Notes: generated from the letters alone by a model not told the origin. Counted from the first letter of the whole stretch, positions 13,397 to 26,929 are shown. The stretch: DNA of 63,305 nt, filler included, from Octopus bimaculoides (GCF_001194135.2; 4 parts of 4 records of this genome joined end to end with filler, not necessarily neighbours in it), one strand, 5' to 3'. Program-made: numbers and translations.

Positions 13397-13591
13397 TTAT
13401 TTCTTTATTGCCCACAAGGGGCTAAACATAGAGGGGACGAACAAGGACAGACAAACTGGTACTTAATTTATCGACCCCGAAAGGATGAAAGGCAAAGTCG
13501 ACCTCGGCGGAATTTGAACTCAGAACGTAACGGCAGACGAAATACTGCTAAGCATTTCGCCCGGCGTGCTAACGTTTCTGCCAGCTCGCCG
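13397..13591 (-). mobile_element. SINE family B (tail type 1, internal deletion)
   Basis: High similarity to 38925-39160 and 50416-50693. Confidence 0.88.
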
Positions 13592-14616
13592 ATACGTATT
13601 TTTATGTACCCCATTGTATCGTTTTGTCTGTTTTTATGTCCTCTCATCTTTATAGTGGCCTTGTCCCTAATAAAAGAAACCAGGACGTTGGTGTTGCCTT
13701 GGCGGAGGTTTGTAGGTTTGTGCTCTCTGAGTGCCCTTGCTACTATTTGTATAGGTTAGTATTAATTTTTTCTATTCATCCAAGCATACATATACACACT
13801 TGGCAGTCTAATAAAGTTTTATACCTCTTATAAAGAACACAAAGCAATACACATATACTATATTTATGTAAAGAGTACATGAGGTAAATATTTTAGGTAG
13901 CTATCATATTTAATTATCCTAAAGTTGTCATTTGGGGGCTTCTGCTGGGGATTATGGTTTCCTGGGGTTATCAGCAAAATGCAGGCCAACCAAGTAACAG
14001 AGGTTAAAACGTCAAAAATGATGCAACCCCATACCTCAACACTCGCTTCCCTGAGACAAGGAGTCAACATCACACTGCTATACAATCTATTAATTGAAAG
14101 AAAAATTGTTTTTGTATTTCGTGTATGTTTATTTAATGAAATATTATTTCTGATTATAATTGTAATTAGATATTTTGATGTAATGATGTTGGTTTTTCAT
14201 TAATATTTCTGAAATACTTATCCTAAAGAAAACATAATTATTCTTGATGTCACAGTTGACGTTGCTGCTGCTGCCGCTGCTACTGCTGCTGATTTTACTT
14301 TTCTTCTCGTTCAGTTCCCCCGCAATCATTTTCTTCATCGTAACCATTATTCCATTCGTTCCAAGGTGGTTCCTGCCGTTGATATTGACTGGAAAAGAGA
14401 AAGAATATTCTCGTTTTCTGCTATTCAACTCACTAAGTGATAGGAGTTCGAATATGATCACTCCAGCTTGGTATTCAACAGTTATTCATCAGATATTATT
14501 ACTTATATTCCAGATACGAAGCCAGAAATGCTGCTAAGCATCTTGTCAGATGCGGTAAGGATGTTTTTATCGTTTACATATTTTGTTGTTCTGTCTTATC
14601 TAAGTTTTATACACGC

Positions 14617-14646
14617 TTGGTAGACGGAAACTGAAAGAACCCCGTC

Positions 14647-14709
<63 letters not shown>

Positions 14710-14852
14710 AGTGTGTATATATGTTTGTGTGTCTCTGTTTGTCGCCTCAACACCGCTTGACGACCGATTTTGGTGTGTTTACGTCCGCGTAACCTAAGCG
14801 GTTCGGCAAAACCGACCGATAGAATAAGTCAAAATGACTGAAACCAGTAAAA
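14617..14852 (+). mobile_element. SINE family A, 5'-truncated, with internal (TG)n
   Basis: ttggtagacggaaactgaaagaac + (TG)n + cgcttgacgaccg...gcggttcggcaaa...atgactgaaac. Confidence 0.85.
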
Positions 14853-15546
14853 TAATAAAAAAAAAATAAACGAATAATATATTAATCAGCCTACCTCTGC
14901 TTAATTCTTCCTATCTATCGATCGATCCCTTCTATCGATCCCTTCTATCGTTACCTTATCATAAATCTTTTACATGGGCCGAACGCATGTCCTATTTGGG
15001 TGGTTTTGTATTAGTCATAAGTCATTTCTTTGTTTTTCTTATCGAACTGAATCGATCTCCTCAACATCCAAGTCACTACAATCAACTTGTAATTTACGAC
15101 TGGTTCTGCTAATGTATTTCTATTTAGACACAGAAACCCATTCCTGGCATTTGGCTGCGTTTTATTTCCTTTTTGTTTTTAAATATTTTATCTGACACTA
15201 CACTTGTATTCTCTTCTGATTTTCTACTTAATTCCTGCATGTTCCGTCTTATCAGATTCTTCGACATCAAAAATACTTCTACAGCAGTTTCTGTTCCAAT
15301 TCTCTGATTTCGGTCCGTAAATCTAACTCAATATGTTGGTTTCAGGTCTCATTATCTGATTGGTTCTGATCTAATTCTCAGATTCGTCCTGATATACTTC
15401 TTTGATTGGTTCAACTCTAATAATCTGATTCCTGCTCTTTTATTGGTTCTGTACGAATTCTATGATTGTTTCTGGTTTAATTCTTAGAATGTTACTCTTC
15501 CAATCTGCTGCTGCTGCTGATTATTATTATTATTATTATTATTAAG

Positions 15547-15666
15547 TTGGCGAGCTGGTAGATCTGCTTAGCGGCATTTCCGTACGTACGGTCTGAGTTC
15601 AAATTTTGCCGAGGTCGACTTTGACCTTCATCGTTTCGGGGTTGATACAATAAGTACCAGTTGAGC
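15547..15666 (+). mobile_element. SINE family B, 5' part
   Basis: ggcgagctgg...gagttcaaatt...gaggtcgacttt...aagtaccagtt. Confidence 0.8.
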
Positions 15667-16449
15667 AAACAATTGGCGGAAAAAGGATGAGCTAATCCCA
15701 CCCAGAATCGAACCCACAAATCAACGCTAACATGGCTCCTTCCGCATCCGATTGGGCCAAACGCTCACTCATTAATTTCAACCAATTTTAATGAATATAT
15801 ACTTAAACTGTCTAATAATGTATATACCGAAACTGTCTAATACTACACGTGATATTTCCATTCTAGTTATTACCTCCCTTGGCGTAAGCGTAACACAGCC
15901 GAAACAGGAAACACTCAGGAACGCGTAGAACAATACTATAGATGCTTTTAAAACATGAGGACGGTACGAAGGTACAAGCCATATTATTATGACCCACACC
16001 TTCTAATGTCAACATTATTGAAGAGGAAACACAGAAATCACTATCGAGACATCGATGAAGACTTCGATCTCTGGCCTGGGGTTACTTTAATAGCACAAAA
16101 CGTGTTGCTAGTCAGCAGTGCTGTGTTATTGGCGATCGTGGTCAGGTTAATGTAAATTCTCATAAAGACCTCAAAGTAATTCCTGCAGTAAAGAGGAATG
16201 TTTCGTGATTCTTCGTACACATTATTAGTAACTTCAGTTGCTATACGTGTGGCAAGAAAGAGTATTTGAGAGATTTCTGTGCAGAAAATTTGGAAAGCAA
16301 ACAAATAAAAAAAAACACAGCAACGGTAAGTTGGAAACACGAAGAGCAACTTGAAGGAGATGACTTCGTCGTCTGTCCTACGAGTAAACCAGGAAGCTGA
16401 GAGACACAACATCCTACCAAGTCATTTAATGATTTCTTATATACAGATA

Positions 16450-16688
16450 CAGTATTCCTTCGTCTATCACGGGTGTTACGTTTCAAAACTCCACGCGATA
16501 GGTGGAAATCTGGCAAATAGAAACAGTACTGCACTATAATTTTTTTTTATTATTATTTACATAATTTATATCTGTTTATTTTATTATAAATACAGAACAC
16601 CACCACTGAGGAATCGATATAAACTTAAATAATAAACCGCGATAAGTGAGCGGCAGTAGGAGAACCGCGATATGGCACGGGATTACTA
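16450..16688 (+). mobile_element. pogo/Tigger-like MITE (~240 bp)
   Basis: TA|cagtattccttcg ... cacgggattacta|TA; same family as 3234-3732. Confidence 0.72.
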
Positions 16689-16714
16689 TAATGCCAATGG
16701 TTTTGTGGAAGATG

Positions 16715-16880
16715 AGAGCAATCAATTATATCGACCTGCGAGGTATTTTATATTATCAAACTCGGAAGAATGAAATGCAAATTTGACCTCGGCGTGGTTT
16801 GAACTCAGATCATAAATTTCTAGAACGAATATATCAAGATATTATGTTAAATGCAGAACCGATTTGATCAAATGCCGCCA
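16715..16880 (-). mobile_element. Old SINE family B fragment
   Basis: tcgacctg...gaagaatgaaatgcaaatttgacctcggcgtggtttgaactcag. Confidence 0.6.
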
Positions 16881-18017
16881 TCATTTAGATAATGAGATGG
16901 AAAACTGTGGTATTTATTTACTTACGTCTATCTGCGTTCTGCATGCAAGAACGACCAAGGAAAACATTTCCTTTCATCCTTCTAATGTAGATGTAATAAT
17001 TTCCAATCCAGAATTGGCTCACTGTTTTATATTTCTGTAAGGCATCCTAAAAATGGATGGAATTACAATAACAGAGAGTCTGCACATACGTATCTTGTTT
17101 TCGTTTCTGTGTTGTAAACAGAAACCCATTACCAGAAACATTAGTTCTTAAATAACTCTAAGCAGTGAACAGTAAATACAGCAGATACTATTCAATGGTA
17201 ACAGATCGCGACAGCCTCCAGCGGTAGCGTTATGCTACTGAGAAGTTCTTCATTAACCTGCAAGTATGTATTCGAATTTACATGCGAGTGTACCTAAGAG
17301 AGTATGTGGCGCATGAACGCCTAAGATCAGATTCGCCTCTGCGTGTATCCACACAGAAGAGTAAGTACGTCGTGCAAGGTTTTTCGTTAATATAGATGTG
17401 GTTACATGGAAAAATTTCGCGACTCAAATACAAGTAATTGAACTCGTGACCTTCGAATAAATGTTTTCATAATTAATTTCTCTACGAGACCCAAGTCTCC
17501 TCTACATCAGATTTATCACACAATTGGAAGATACTTCATGAATCATGCTAAGTCAAGTACGTTACTCGACAAATATCTAACAAGACATGTACAAAGACAG
17601 GAATACAATATACACTTACATCAAGGGGACATCAGAAGCTATCTAAAATTATCCTATGTTGAATTTATTTCCATAGCAGAGCAGAATGGATTCTGTCTTT
17701 GATCTTTCTATGATCAATAAAATAAGAACCAATACTATCGTGCATTCGATTATCAATAACATGATTTAGGTGTCTGATGGCGTGTTTATTCTATGTTCGG
17801 TTACATTTCAATAATGGATAATACTTTCCAGCTTCGCTACTTTTCTAAAAGTCTCTCGTCATAGAAGTATTATGTAACATGTAAGATTGTAAAAGACATG
17901 GGTGGCTTCTGTAATATATACCTACCTATCTGCATATATGTATGTGCATGCGAGAGTGTATATACAATATATAAATGCATATATACTTATACATATCTAG
18001 ATAAATATATTTTATAA

Positions 18018-18068
<51 letters not shown>

Positions 18069-18870
18069 NNNNNNNNNNNNNNNNNNNNNNNNNNNNNNNN
18101 NNNNNNNNNNNNNNNNNNNNNNNNNNNNNNNNNNNNNNNNNNNNNNNNNNNNNNNNNNNNNNNNNNNNNNNNNNNNNNNNNNNNNNNNNNNNNNNNNNNN
18201 NNNNNNNNNNNNNNNNNNNNNNNNNNNNNNNNNNNNNNNNNNNNNNNNNNNNNNNNNNNNNNNNNNNNNNNNNNNNNNNNNNNNNNNNNNNNNNNNNNNN
18301 NNNTATATATATATATATATATATATGTACATACAGATTTACAGAAATAGATACGTGCACACAGACATGCACACATGCATTTATATCAGTCTGCATATGT
18401 AATATTTATATGTACTAGAATCATACATGCGTAGAATTAATCCTTTTCGCTGAGTTTGATTTTTATTACTCTCTAAGCATATCTGTGATAATACTGATCC
18501 GAACCTGTAATGTTTATATAGACATGGGTGCAGACGTACGTACGTTTGTGTACTTGCATGTATATGCGAATGGCTGCTTGAAAGACTGAAGGACTTGTCT
18601 TAGTACATACCATGTTTAATGCGATGTGCCATGCCGTTCAATCAAACGATATCTTTTTAATCTGTTCACCAGGAGGATTTGGTCTATCGGCCACTCCTGT
18701 CTGAGAAGTGATCAAGATAAAGGAACTAAAACTCTGAGTAAAGAAAAGATCTATGCAGGGAATTTGAAGCTAGTTTGAAATTTATTGCACCTCTGTACAT
18801 ATTGTACCGATGAATGTAAACTCACTTGCAAATGCATTCGTGACTATTTTTATGCATCAATGCGTGTGTA

Positions 18871-18908
<38 letters not shown>

Positions 18909-19640
18909 NNNNNNNNNNNNNNNNNNNNNNNNNNNNNNNNNNNNNNNNNNNNNNNNNNNNNNNNNNNNNNNNNNNNNNNNNNNNNNNNNNNNNNNNNNNN
19001 NNNNNNNNNNNNNNNNNNNNNNNNNNNNNNNNNNNNNNNNNNNNNNNNNNNNNNNNNNNNNNNNNNNNNNNNNNNNNNNNNNNNNNNNNNNNNNNNNNNN
19101 NNNNNNNNNNNNNNNNNNNNNNNNNNNNNNNNNNNNNNNNNNNNNNNNNNNNNNNNNNNNNNNNNNNNNNNNNNNNNNNNNNNNNNNNNNNNNNNNNNNN
19201 NNNNNNNNNNNNNNNNNNNNNNNNNNNNNNNNNNNNNNNNNNNNNNNNNNNNNNNNNNNNNNNNNNNNNNNNNNNNNNNNNNNNNNNNNNNNNNNNNNNN
19301 NNNNNNNNNNNNNNNNNNNNNNNNNNNNNNNNNNNNNNNNNNNNNNNNNNNNNNNNNNNNNNNNNNNNNNNNNNNNNTGTGCGTGTGTGTGATATGCGAC
19401 TTTCTAAGTGTGAAGTGTGCGAGAGAATAAATTCCAGATGTAACCAACAGATTACTTAGCAGCGCATCTTCAGCGCCGTATCATTCATATAATATCTTAA
19501 TGAACAAAGAATTCGGAGTGGCAAATTTAATCTTTAATGGGGAAAAAAGTAAATAGATAAGCGAAGACGAAGTTCAAGACATCACCTTAAAAAAAAAACA
19601 AGACTCAAAATTTTACCATTATATCTCACACGAAAATGCT

Positions 19641-19853
19641 GTGTGCGTGTGTTTGTGTTTGTGCCCGCTTCATCGCTTGACAACCGATGTTGGTGTGCTT
19701 ACGTCCCTGTGACTTAGCGGCTCGGCAAAAGAAACCGATTGAATAACTATTAGGCTTACAAAGAATAAGTCCTACGGTCGATTCGTTCGACTAAAGGCGG
19801 TGCTTCAGCATGGCCGCAGTCAAAAATGACTGAAACAAATTAAAAGAATAAAT
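19641..19853 (+). mobile_element. SINE family A, 3' half
   Basis: atcgcttgacaaccgatgttggtgtg...gactaaaggcggtgcttcagcatggccgcagtc...gactgaaac. Confidence 0.88.
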
Positions 19854-20276
19854 GGTCGTTCTTGCGAGGAAAGCGACATAATCCACTGAAGAAACAAACA
19901 TCAAAGAATTTAAAGAACATGAAGGGAATTAAAGAATAAAGTTAAGCGTCCTGCTGCTGGTTGTCGAGGTGGCCTCTGCTTCATAAAGTGATCAGCAAAG
20001 AATTTTAAGTTTTTAAGAGCATTAGCTCTAAGGTGTTAAGATCCTAGGAAAGTCAGCAGAGTACAGCTCAACTTATTCTTAATTGGAGAAAGAGACACAC
20101 AAATTCGCTCGAAAATAATTAGATCGGGGCTACGACATTAGAACCAAGCGAGAATTAAGAAGAAGAAACAAATGGAATAAGATGATAAAGAAATAAAGAA
20201 ATAAAAGATATACCACATTAAAGAAAAAAGATGATTAGCACTATTTCACAGCTTTGCAATTGTCTCGTTATCTATG

Positions 20277-20311
<35 letters not shown>

Positions 20312-20805
20312 NNNNNNNNNNNNNNNNNNNNNNNNNNNNNNNNNNNNNNNNNNNNNNNNNNNNNNNNNNNNNNNNNNNNNNNNNNNNNNNNNNNNNNNNN
20401 NNNNNNNNNNNNNNNNNNNNNNNNNNNNNNNNNNNNNNNNNNNNNNNNNNNNNNNNNNNNNNNNNNNNNNNNNNNNNNNNNNNNNNNNNNNNNNNNNNNN
20501 NNNNNNNNNNNNNNNNNNNNNNNNNNNNNNNNNNNNNNNNNNNNNNNNNNNNNNNNNNNNNNNNNNNNNNNNNNNNNNNNNNNNNNNNNNNNNNNNNNNN
20601 NNNNNNNNNNNNNNNNNNNNNNNNNNNNNNNNNNNNNNNNNNNNNNNNNNNNNNNNNNNNNNNNNNNNNNNNNNNNNNNNNNNNNNNNNNNNNNNNNNNN
20701 NNNNNNNNNNNNNNNNNNNNNNNNNNNNNNNNNNNNNNNNNNNNNNNNNNNNNNNNNNNNNNNNNNNNNNNNNNNNNNNNNNNNNNNNNNNNNNNNNNNN
20801 NNNNN

Positions 20806-20850
<45 letters not shown>

Positions 20851-21004
20851 ATTATATAAATATATCGTTCCCTCTAATTCGGTTCTTCAGTAAGTATTTG
20901 TTCCATTTTCACTAGTTCTGTCTTTAATTTTCTTCCATCGAATAATTATCCAGATAAATATTGAGACAGTTATAACGAAAGATATAAACAATGGCACACG
21001 CCAC

Positions 21005-21040
<36 letters not shown>

Positions 21041-22602
21041 GTACATACAGAAGTAATCATATGCGTGTTTGCGTGTGTAAATCCTTCTATGATTATGTAT
21101 ATGTGTAAATATGTGATGTGTGTGTGTGTGTATTTATCTACATTATGCTTGATGCATTTTTGTATTATACGTATCAACTATATTTAAATTATATTGACTA
21201 TGAACATCAAAATATGTATAAGCATACAATATATATGTATAGTAAGAATATACAGTATATCAATATTATATATAAGACACACACAAACACACAAATATAT
21301 ATATATGCAGATACCTACGCATATGTATTCACACATAAATCCACACACACAAATCCACACACACATATATACATACATGTATGCATATTTATATATGAAC
21401 TTTGCCAGTATTGAACAAATTCAATTAACTTCTCATTTATTGTTAAGTAATTATTAGCAATAAGAGACTATCGTACCATATATATATACCAACATTAGCA
21501 ATAAATCATAATATATGGTACCTTCATCTAGAAGCTTGATTTACAGTAAAATTGGCGTTTTATATGCCATCAACAATGGAGATAAAATTATACCAGACTC
21601 CAGTAAATTCACAAATACCAGGTGTACATTTCACAGTTGTAGAGAGGTATAGTCTACCCTGAGAAGCAGCACATTTACCTATTATGAGATGTGGTACGAG
21701 CCAGCGAGAGAGGATTTACGTCGTCAATAGATAAACTAAAAACTTTCAGCGAAATTCCTCGTCAATCATTCGACCATCTTTAAAAAAATTAGCGTTATGC
21801 ATTAAATCATATAGTTTTGAATATGCTATACCCGAAACATACATCGTGTTAGTCGTAGTTGGAGCGTCATTTTTATTCATAGTCTTAGTCTGCTTGAGAG
21901 AGAACATCAAAAACAAATAGATATGATATGAAACACTGAATTGTTCCGCTATATTTCTATAATATCCATACATTACACACGACGCAGTGATTGATGCTTC
22001 TCTAGAAGAATATATTATAAAGACTTGTAAAGACTTCATTCACTACTTTAGTGAACCAATCAGAATCAAAATCGTCTGCTTTTGTCCACTTGAAATCAAA
22101 CCATCAATACCGAGAAACCAAGTTCATAGAATGATATTTCAGACTCTGAATTGATGAGACATTATCAATAATAATATTCAATAAGGTACTGTTTTGTTTT
22201 GGTGTTGTTTTGCGTCTTTATTTCGTATCTTTCTATGGAAGTGGATTTTTCTTTTCACTAGGTTTTGTGTTTTTCAATTTACGTCTGCGCTATGAGTTTC
22301 CTGCTATTACATTCTTTGAATATGATATAGGACGGATCTTATCGGGGAAACTTTCATATTAAATTATGTCTATTTTATACTATATATTTAGTGCTCTTTT
22401 CAAAATTAACATTGCAAAATAATGCTACATTTGCTTTTGGATATATACTTAAAAAACAAAATCATCTAACAGACATATTAACGGATAATATAGGTGAACT
22501 AGTCAGATACCCCCACATGTGGTACGTACATGGAGGAAAGCACATAGAGGAATATACAGTTAGTAAGATAGGTACATACATGAATTCATAGACAAACTGT
22601 TT

Positions 22603-22612
22603 GATAGATAGG

Positions 22613-22680
<68 letters not shown>

Positions 22681-22682
22681 GA
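22603..22682. repeat. (GATA)n microsatellite
   Basis: Direct reading. Confidence 0.97.
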
Positions 22683-24663
22683 GATGGATAGACAGAAAGA
22701 TAGAGAGGTAGTGTAATAGTAAGAGAAACAAACATAGCTATAGCTACAGAGATTTCTACATGTATATTTGCAATAGATATTCTAATATAGGACTTTCTGT
22801 GGCAGGGAGAGGAGTATTTTATAAGGATCTGTATATTTCCAATATCATTCCTCAATTTCAATTTGTTGGCAAAAAGCAAAGAATAAAATAAAGTATGGCA
22901 AACTTGAAAACCGGACGTGCGTTGACGTGAATGTGTTTGTTAAAACCAAATACGGCCATTTTTCATATTCAAATAGTATCAGTATTGAAGCATCTTTAGG
23001 AAAATTAGAGAAAAGAAAGAAAGATAGCTGGGAAGGAGAAAAGTAACGAAGAAAGACAACGTCCGTAATCGTTATCTTATACTTTTGGCAAATAAAATGG
23101 TTCTGAGGATTTTATCAAAATAACAAAGTAAACTTTTGAAACATTTAGATATGAAATGGAAGGAATATAACGTATGTATGTACACATTAGGTGGACGCTA
23201 CGAACAACGATAGCTGAGACTATGTGGTTGTGTATATAGATATATTCACACACGCAAGCACATGAATATATGTACACAGATATATATATATATATANNNN
23301 NNNNNNNNNNNNNNNNNNNNNNNNNNNNNNNNNNNNNNNNNNNNNNNNNNNNNNNNNNNNNNNNNNNNNNNNNNNNNNNNNNNNNNNNNNNNNNNNNNNN
23401 NNNNNNNNNNNNNNNNNNNNNNNNNNNNNNNNNNNNNNNNNNNNNNNNNNNNNNNNNNNNNNNNNNNNNNNNNNNNNNNNNNNNNNNNNNNNNNNNNNNN
23501 NNNNNNNNNNNNNNNNNNNNNNNNNNNNNNNNNNNNNNNNNNNNNNNNNNNNNNNNNNNNNNNNNNNNNNNNNNNNNNNNNNNNNNNNNNNNNNNNNNNN
23601 NNNNNNNNNNNNNNNNNNNNNNNNNNNNNNNNNNNNNNNNNNNNNNNNNNNNNNNNNNNNNNNNNNNNNNNNNNNNNNNNNNNNNNNNNNNNNNNNNNNN
23701 NNNNNNNNNNNNNNNNNNNNNNNNNNNNNNNNNNNNNNNNNNNNNNNNNNNNNNNNNNNNNNNNNNNNNNNNNNNNNNNNNNNNNNNNNNNNNNNNNNNN
23801 NNNNNNNNNNNNNNNNNNNNNNNNNNNNNNNNNNNNNNNNNNNNNNNNNNNNNNNNNNNNNNNNNNNNNNNNNNNNNNNNNNNNNNNNNNNNNNNNNNNN
23901 NNNNNNNNNNNNNNNNNNNNNNNNNNNNNNNNNNNNNNNNNNNNNNNNNNNNNNNNNNNNNNNNNNNNNNNNNNNNNNNNNNNNNNNNNNNNNNNNNNNN
24001 NNNNNNNNNNNNNNNNNNNNNNNNNNNNNNNNNNNNNNNNNNNNNNNNNNNNNNNNNNNNNNNNNNNNNNNNNNNNNNNNNNNNNNNNNNNNNTATATAT
24101 ATATATATTTGAGGACATGCATTTTTAATCATTATTTAATTTTACTAATTTTTATTGAACTTCGATTTCAGAAAATAACATTGACAGGCCCTGTGGAATG
24201 AAGAAGCATGCTGTGATTATGGCTTTGCTTATGGCTTTGAAGGTTAAGCATGGTGGCTTAGAAATATTTTCTGAAATATTCCCTACCAGATTTAATCCTG
24301 CCCATATTTAGATTCAATGAATGTGGTTATTAAGCTTTCACTTTTATATTATACTATGGAAGACTGTCTGGGATATTTTTTGTAGAACTTAAAGGATTGG
24401 TCGCATATTTAGAAGATTTAGTTTTTGAATATATTTACCTGTTGTGCATAAGGTAAATGTGTTTGAAAGTTGTGGTTCCTTTGGTATGTTTGTTCCCAAA
24501 CAACACTTATTTTAGTGCTGTTGATACCGCCAGATTGGATGGTACTGAGAAGGTGTCGAAACCATAATGATATCCCTGGGGCAGCTGATGATGGAGGTAT
24601 GTTGGATTGTTAGTGTGGCAGTTTTTGTATATATGGACTGGTATTATAACACATCCTTTTGAG

Positions 24664-24694
<31 letters not shown>

Positions 24695-24731
24695 TATATA
24701 TACACATATATACTTATATAAATACATACGT

Positions 24732-24831
24732 NNNNNNNNNNNNNNNNNNNNNNNNNNNNNNNNNNNNNNNNNNNNTTAATTAATTAANNNNNNNNNNNNN
24801 NNNNNNNNNNNNNNNNNNNNNNNNNNNNNNN
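24732..24831. other. Artificial 100-bp scaffold join: N44-TTAATTAATTAA-N44
   Basis: Exactly 44 N + 12-mer + 44 N; identical construct at 55145-55244 and 60409-60508; the 12-mer has TAA in all six frames. Confidence 0.92.
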
Positions 24832-25174
24832 CTTTAGTCGAGAAATTCGACCCCAGGACTTATTCTTTGGAAGCCTAGTACTTATTCTATCGGACTCTCT
24901 TTTTGCCGAACCGCTAAGTTACGGGGACGTAAACACACCAGCATCGGTTATCAAGCGATGTTGTGGGGGGAGGACCAACACAGACACACAAACACACACA
25001 CATATCTATATAACGGGCTTCGTTCAATTTCTGTCTACCAAATCCACTCACAAGGCTTTGGTCGGCCCGAGGCTATAGTAGAAGACACTTGCCCCAAGGT
25101 GCCACGCAGTGGGACTGAACCCGGGACCATGTGGTTGGTAACCAAACTACTTACCACACAGCCACTCCCACGCC
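24832..25174 (-). mobile_element. SINE family A, near full length
   Basis: Minus strand gives a tRNA-like head (gtggctgtgtggtaagtag...gggttcagtccc), gcaccttgggcaagtgtc body, internal (TG/TA)n and 3' module. Confidence 0.9.
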
Positions 25175-25540
25175 TATCTATCTATCTTTCAATAATACCT
25201 GTCTATATATGAATGTATCCATCCATCCATCTATTTTTCTATCTTACCATATAAATAATTTCCAGTCAACTTGCTTGATGCTCCTAGCATTAAATATATC
25301 AACTCCAAATCAACAAGCTATCTGTCTACCTAGCTATTTGTTCAAATATCTGCCTGACTAGCTACCAACCTATCTCTCTGTTTGCTTATCTACCTCTCTA
25401 GCTAGCTAGCTATGAAACTTTGTTTATATATCTGCTTATATATAAATCTAGAGAGAATCTATTTATCGGTCTAGCTGTACCACCACAGTTATTCCCTGTT
25501 AGCATTTTAATGCTCCCTCGTCTTAAATATGTTCACAAGT

Positions 25541-25700
25541 GCAGGTGTGGCTGTGTGGTAAGAAGCTTGCTTCCTAACCACAGGGTTCCAGGTTCAGTCC
25601 CACTTCATGGCACCTTTGGCAAGTATCTTCTACTTTAGCCTCATGCTGACCAAAGCCTTGTGAGTGGATTTGGTAGCTGGAGACTGAAAGAAGCCCATCA
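25541..25700 (+). mobile_element. SINE family A, 5' half
   Basis: gcaggtgtggctgtgtggtaagaagc...gttcagtccc...gaaagaagccc. Confidence 0.88.
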
Positions 25701-25710
25701 CATATATATA

Positions 25711-26235
25711 TACTCTTTTACTTGTTTCAGTCATTTGACTGTGGCCATGCTGGAGCACAGCCTCTAGTCGAGCAAATCGACCCCAGGACTTATTCTTTGT
25801 AAGCCTAGTACTTATTCTATCAGTCATTTTTGCCGAACTGCTAAGTTACGGGGATGTAAACACACCAGCATCGGTTGTCAAGCGATGGTGGGGGACAAAC
25901 ACCGACACACAAACACACACATATACATATATATATATATACATATATACGATGGGCTTCTTTCAGTTTCCGTCTACCAAATCCACTCACAAGGCTTTGG
26001 TCGGCCCGAGGCTATAGTAGAAGACACTTACCCAAGGTGCCACGCAGTGGGACTGAACCCGGGACCATGTGGTTATTCGTTTCAGTCATTTGACTGTGGC
26101 CATTCTGGAGCACCGCCTTTAGTCAAACAAATCAACCCCAGGACTTATTCTTTGTAAGCCTAGTACTTATTCTATCGGTCTCTTTTGCCGAACAGCTAAG
26201 TTACAAGGACGTAAACACACCAACACCGGTTGTCA
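25711..26235 (-). mobile_element. Two adjacent SINE family A copies (25711-26073 near full; 26074-26235 3' half)
   Basis: Repeated ttgtttcagtcatttgactg...gaccccaggacttattc...gctaagttac modules. Confidence 0.88.
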
Positions 26236-26590
26236 TCCCAGAGATAACTGCTGTCTCTAGGAGATGGGGTTGCATCGCTTTCACCACCAGTCTGGTGCCA
26301 TTGCACAGGCAAGGTGGATCCAGATTCCTGAGCAGCATGATGGGCCCCCCCCCTTTTAAGTGTTAAGTCGTGAGGTGGCATCCCAGATAGTTGTAGAGAG
26401 TTCAAGAACTCAGTTGGAAAAAACTACAGCTTGGTCATGATCAATGACAGTATCGATGGATTTGAAAGACTGTTCTTGTCCTGGCAACAGCTGCAAGAGA
26501 TCCCAATTGATTTTGTTGACGCCATCATTATAAGGAGCTAAGATGGCTTGCTCACACAGCCATTGACTGTTTCAAAAGTCTTGTGCAATA
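26236..26590 (-). mobile_element. Helitron RepHel helicase (Pif1-family) fragment, pseudogenised
   Basis: Conceptual translation SQWLCEQAILAPYNDGVNKINWDLLQLLPGQEQSFKSIDTVIDHDQAVV-fs-PTEFLNSLQLSGMPPHDLTLK-fs-PIMLLRNLDPPCLCNGTRLVVKAMQPHLLETAVISG. It matches the AILAPxN and PxEFLNS..G.PPH.L.LK.G.PIMLLRNL...LCNGTRL motifs of Helitron helicases. Confidence 0.92.
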
Positions 26591-26929
26591 CAGCTGTGTG
26601 GTTGATAAGCTTGCTTTCCAACCATGTGGTCTCAGGTTCAGTCCCACTGCACAGCACCTTGGGCAAGTGTCTTCAACAATATTCCCAGCATTTTAGCAAA
26701 AGAGCTTTAAAAAAAACAAAAAAAAAAAAACAAGACTTACTGGGGTTGATTTGTTTTACTAAACATGTGAAGGCTGTGCCCCAGTATGGCCACAATCCAA
26801 TGAGTGAAACAAGTAACAGGTTAAAGATATACAACTGGGTGATTAGACACGTATAAGGTTGTAATAAGCACCGACACAAAAAGAAAAAGAAAAAAAACAA
26901 GCACTCCGTCAGGATGGGGATTCCAGTTT

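Noticed and set aside
13388-13759. Recurrent ORF peptides such as NWYLIYRPRKDERQSRPRRNLNSER, FSFRLPNPLTRLWSARGYSRRHLPKV and FQSFDCGHAGAPP
   Set aside because: Chance reading frames of SINE families A and B; they recur because the SINEs recur.
17190-17275. Exon-like segment ending ctgcaa|gtatgt
   Set aside because: Frames from the better acceptors hit stops; no homology recognised.
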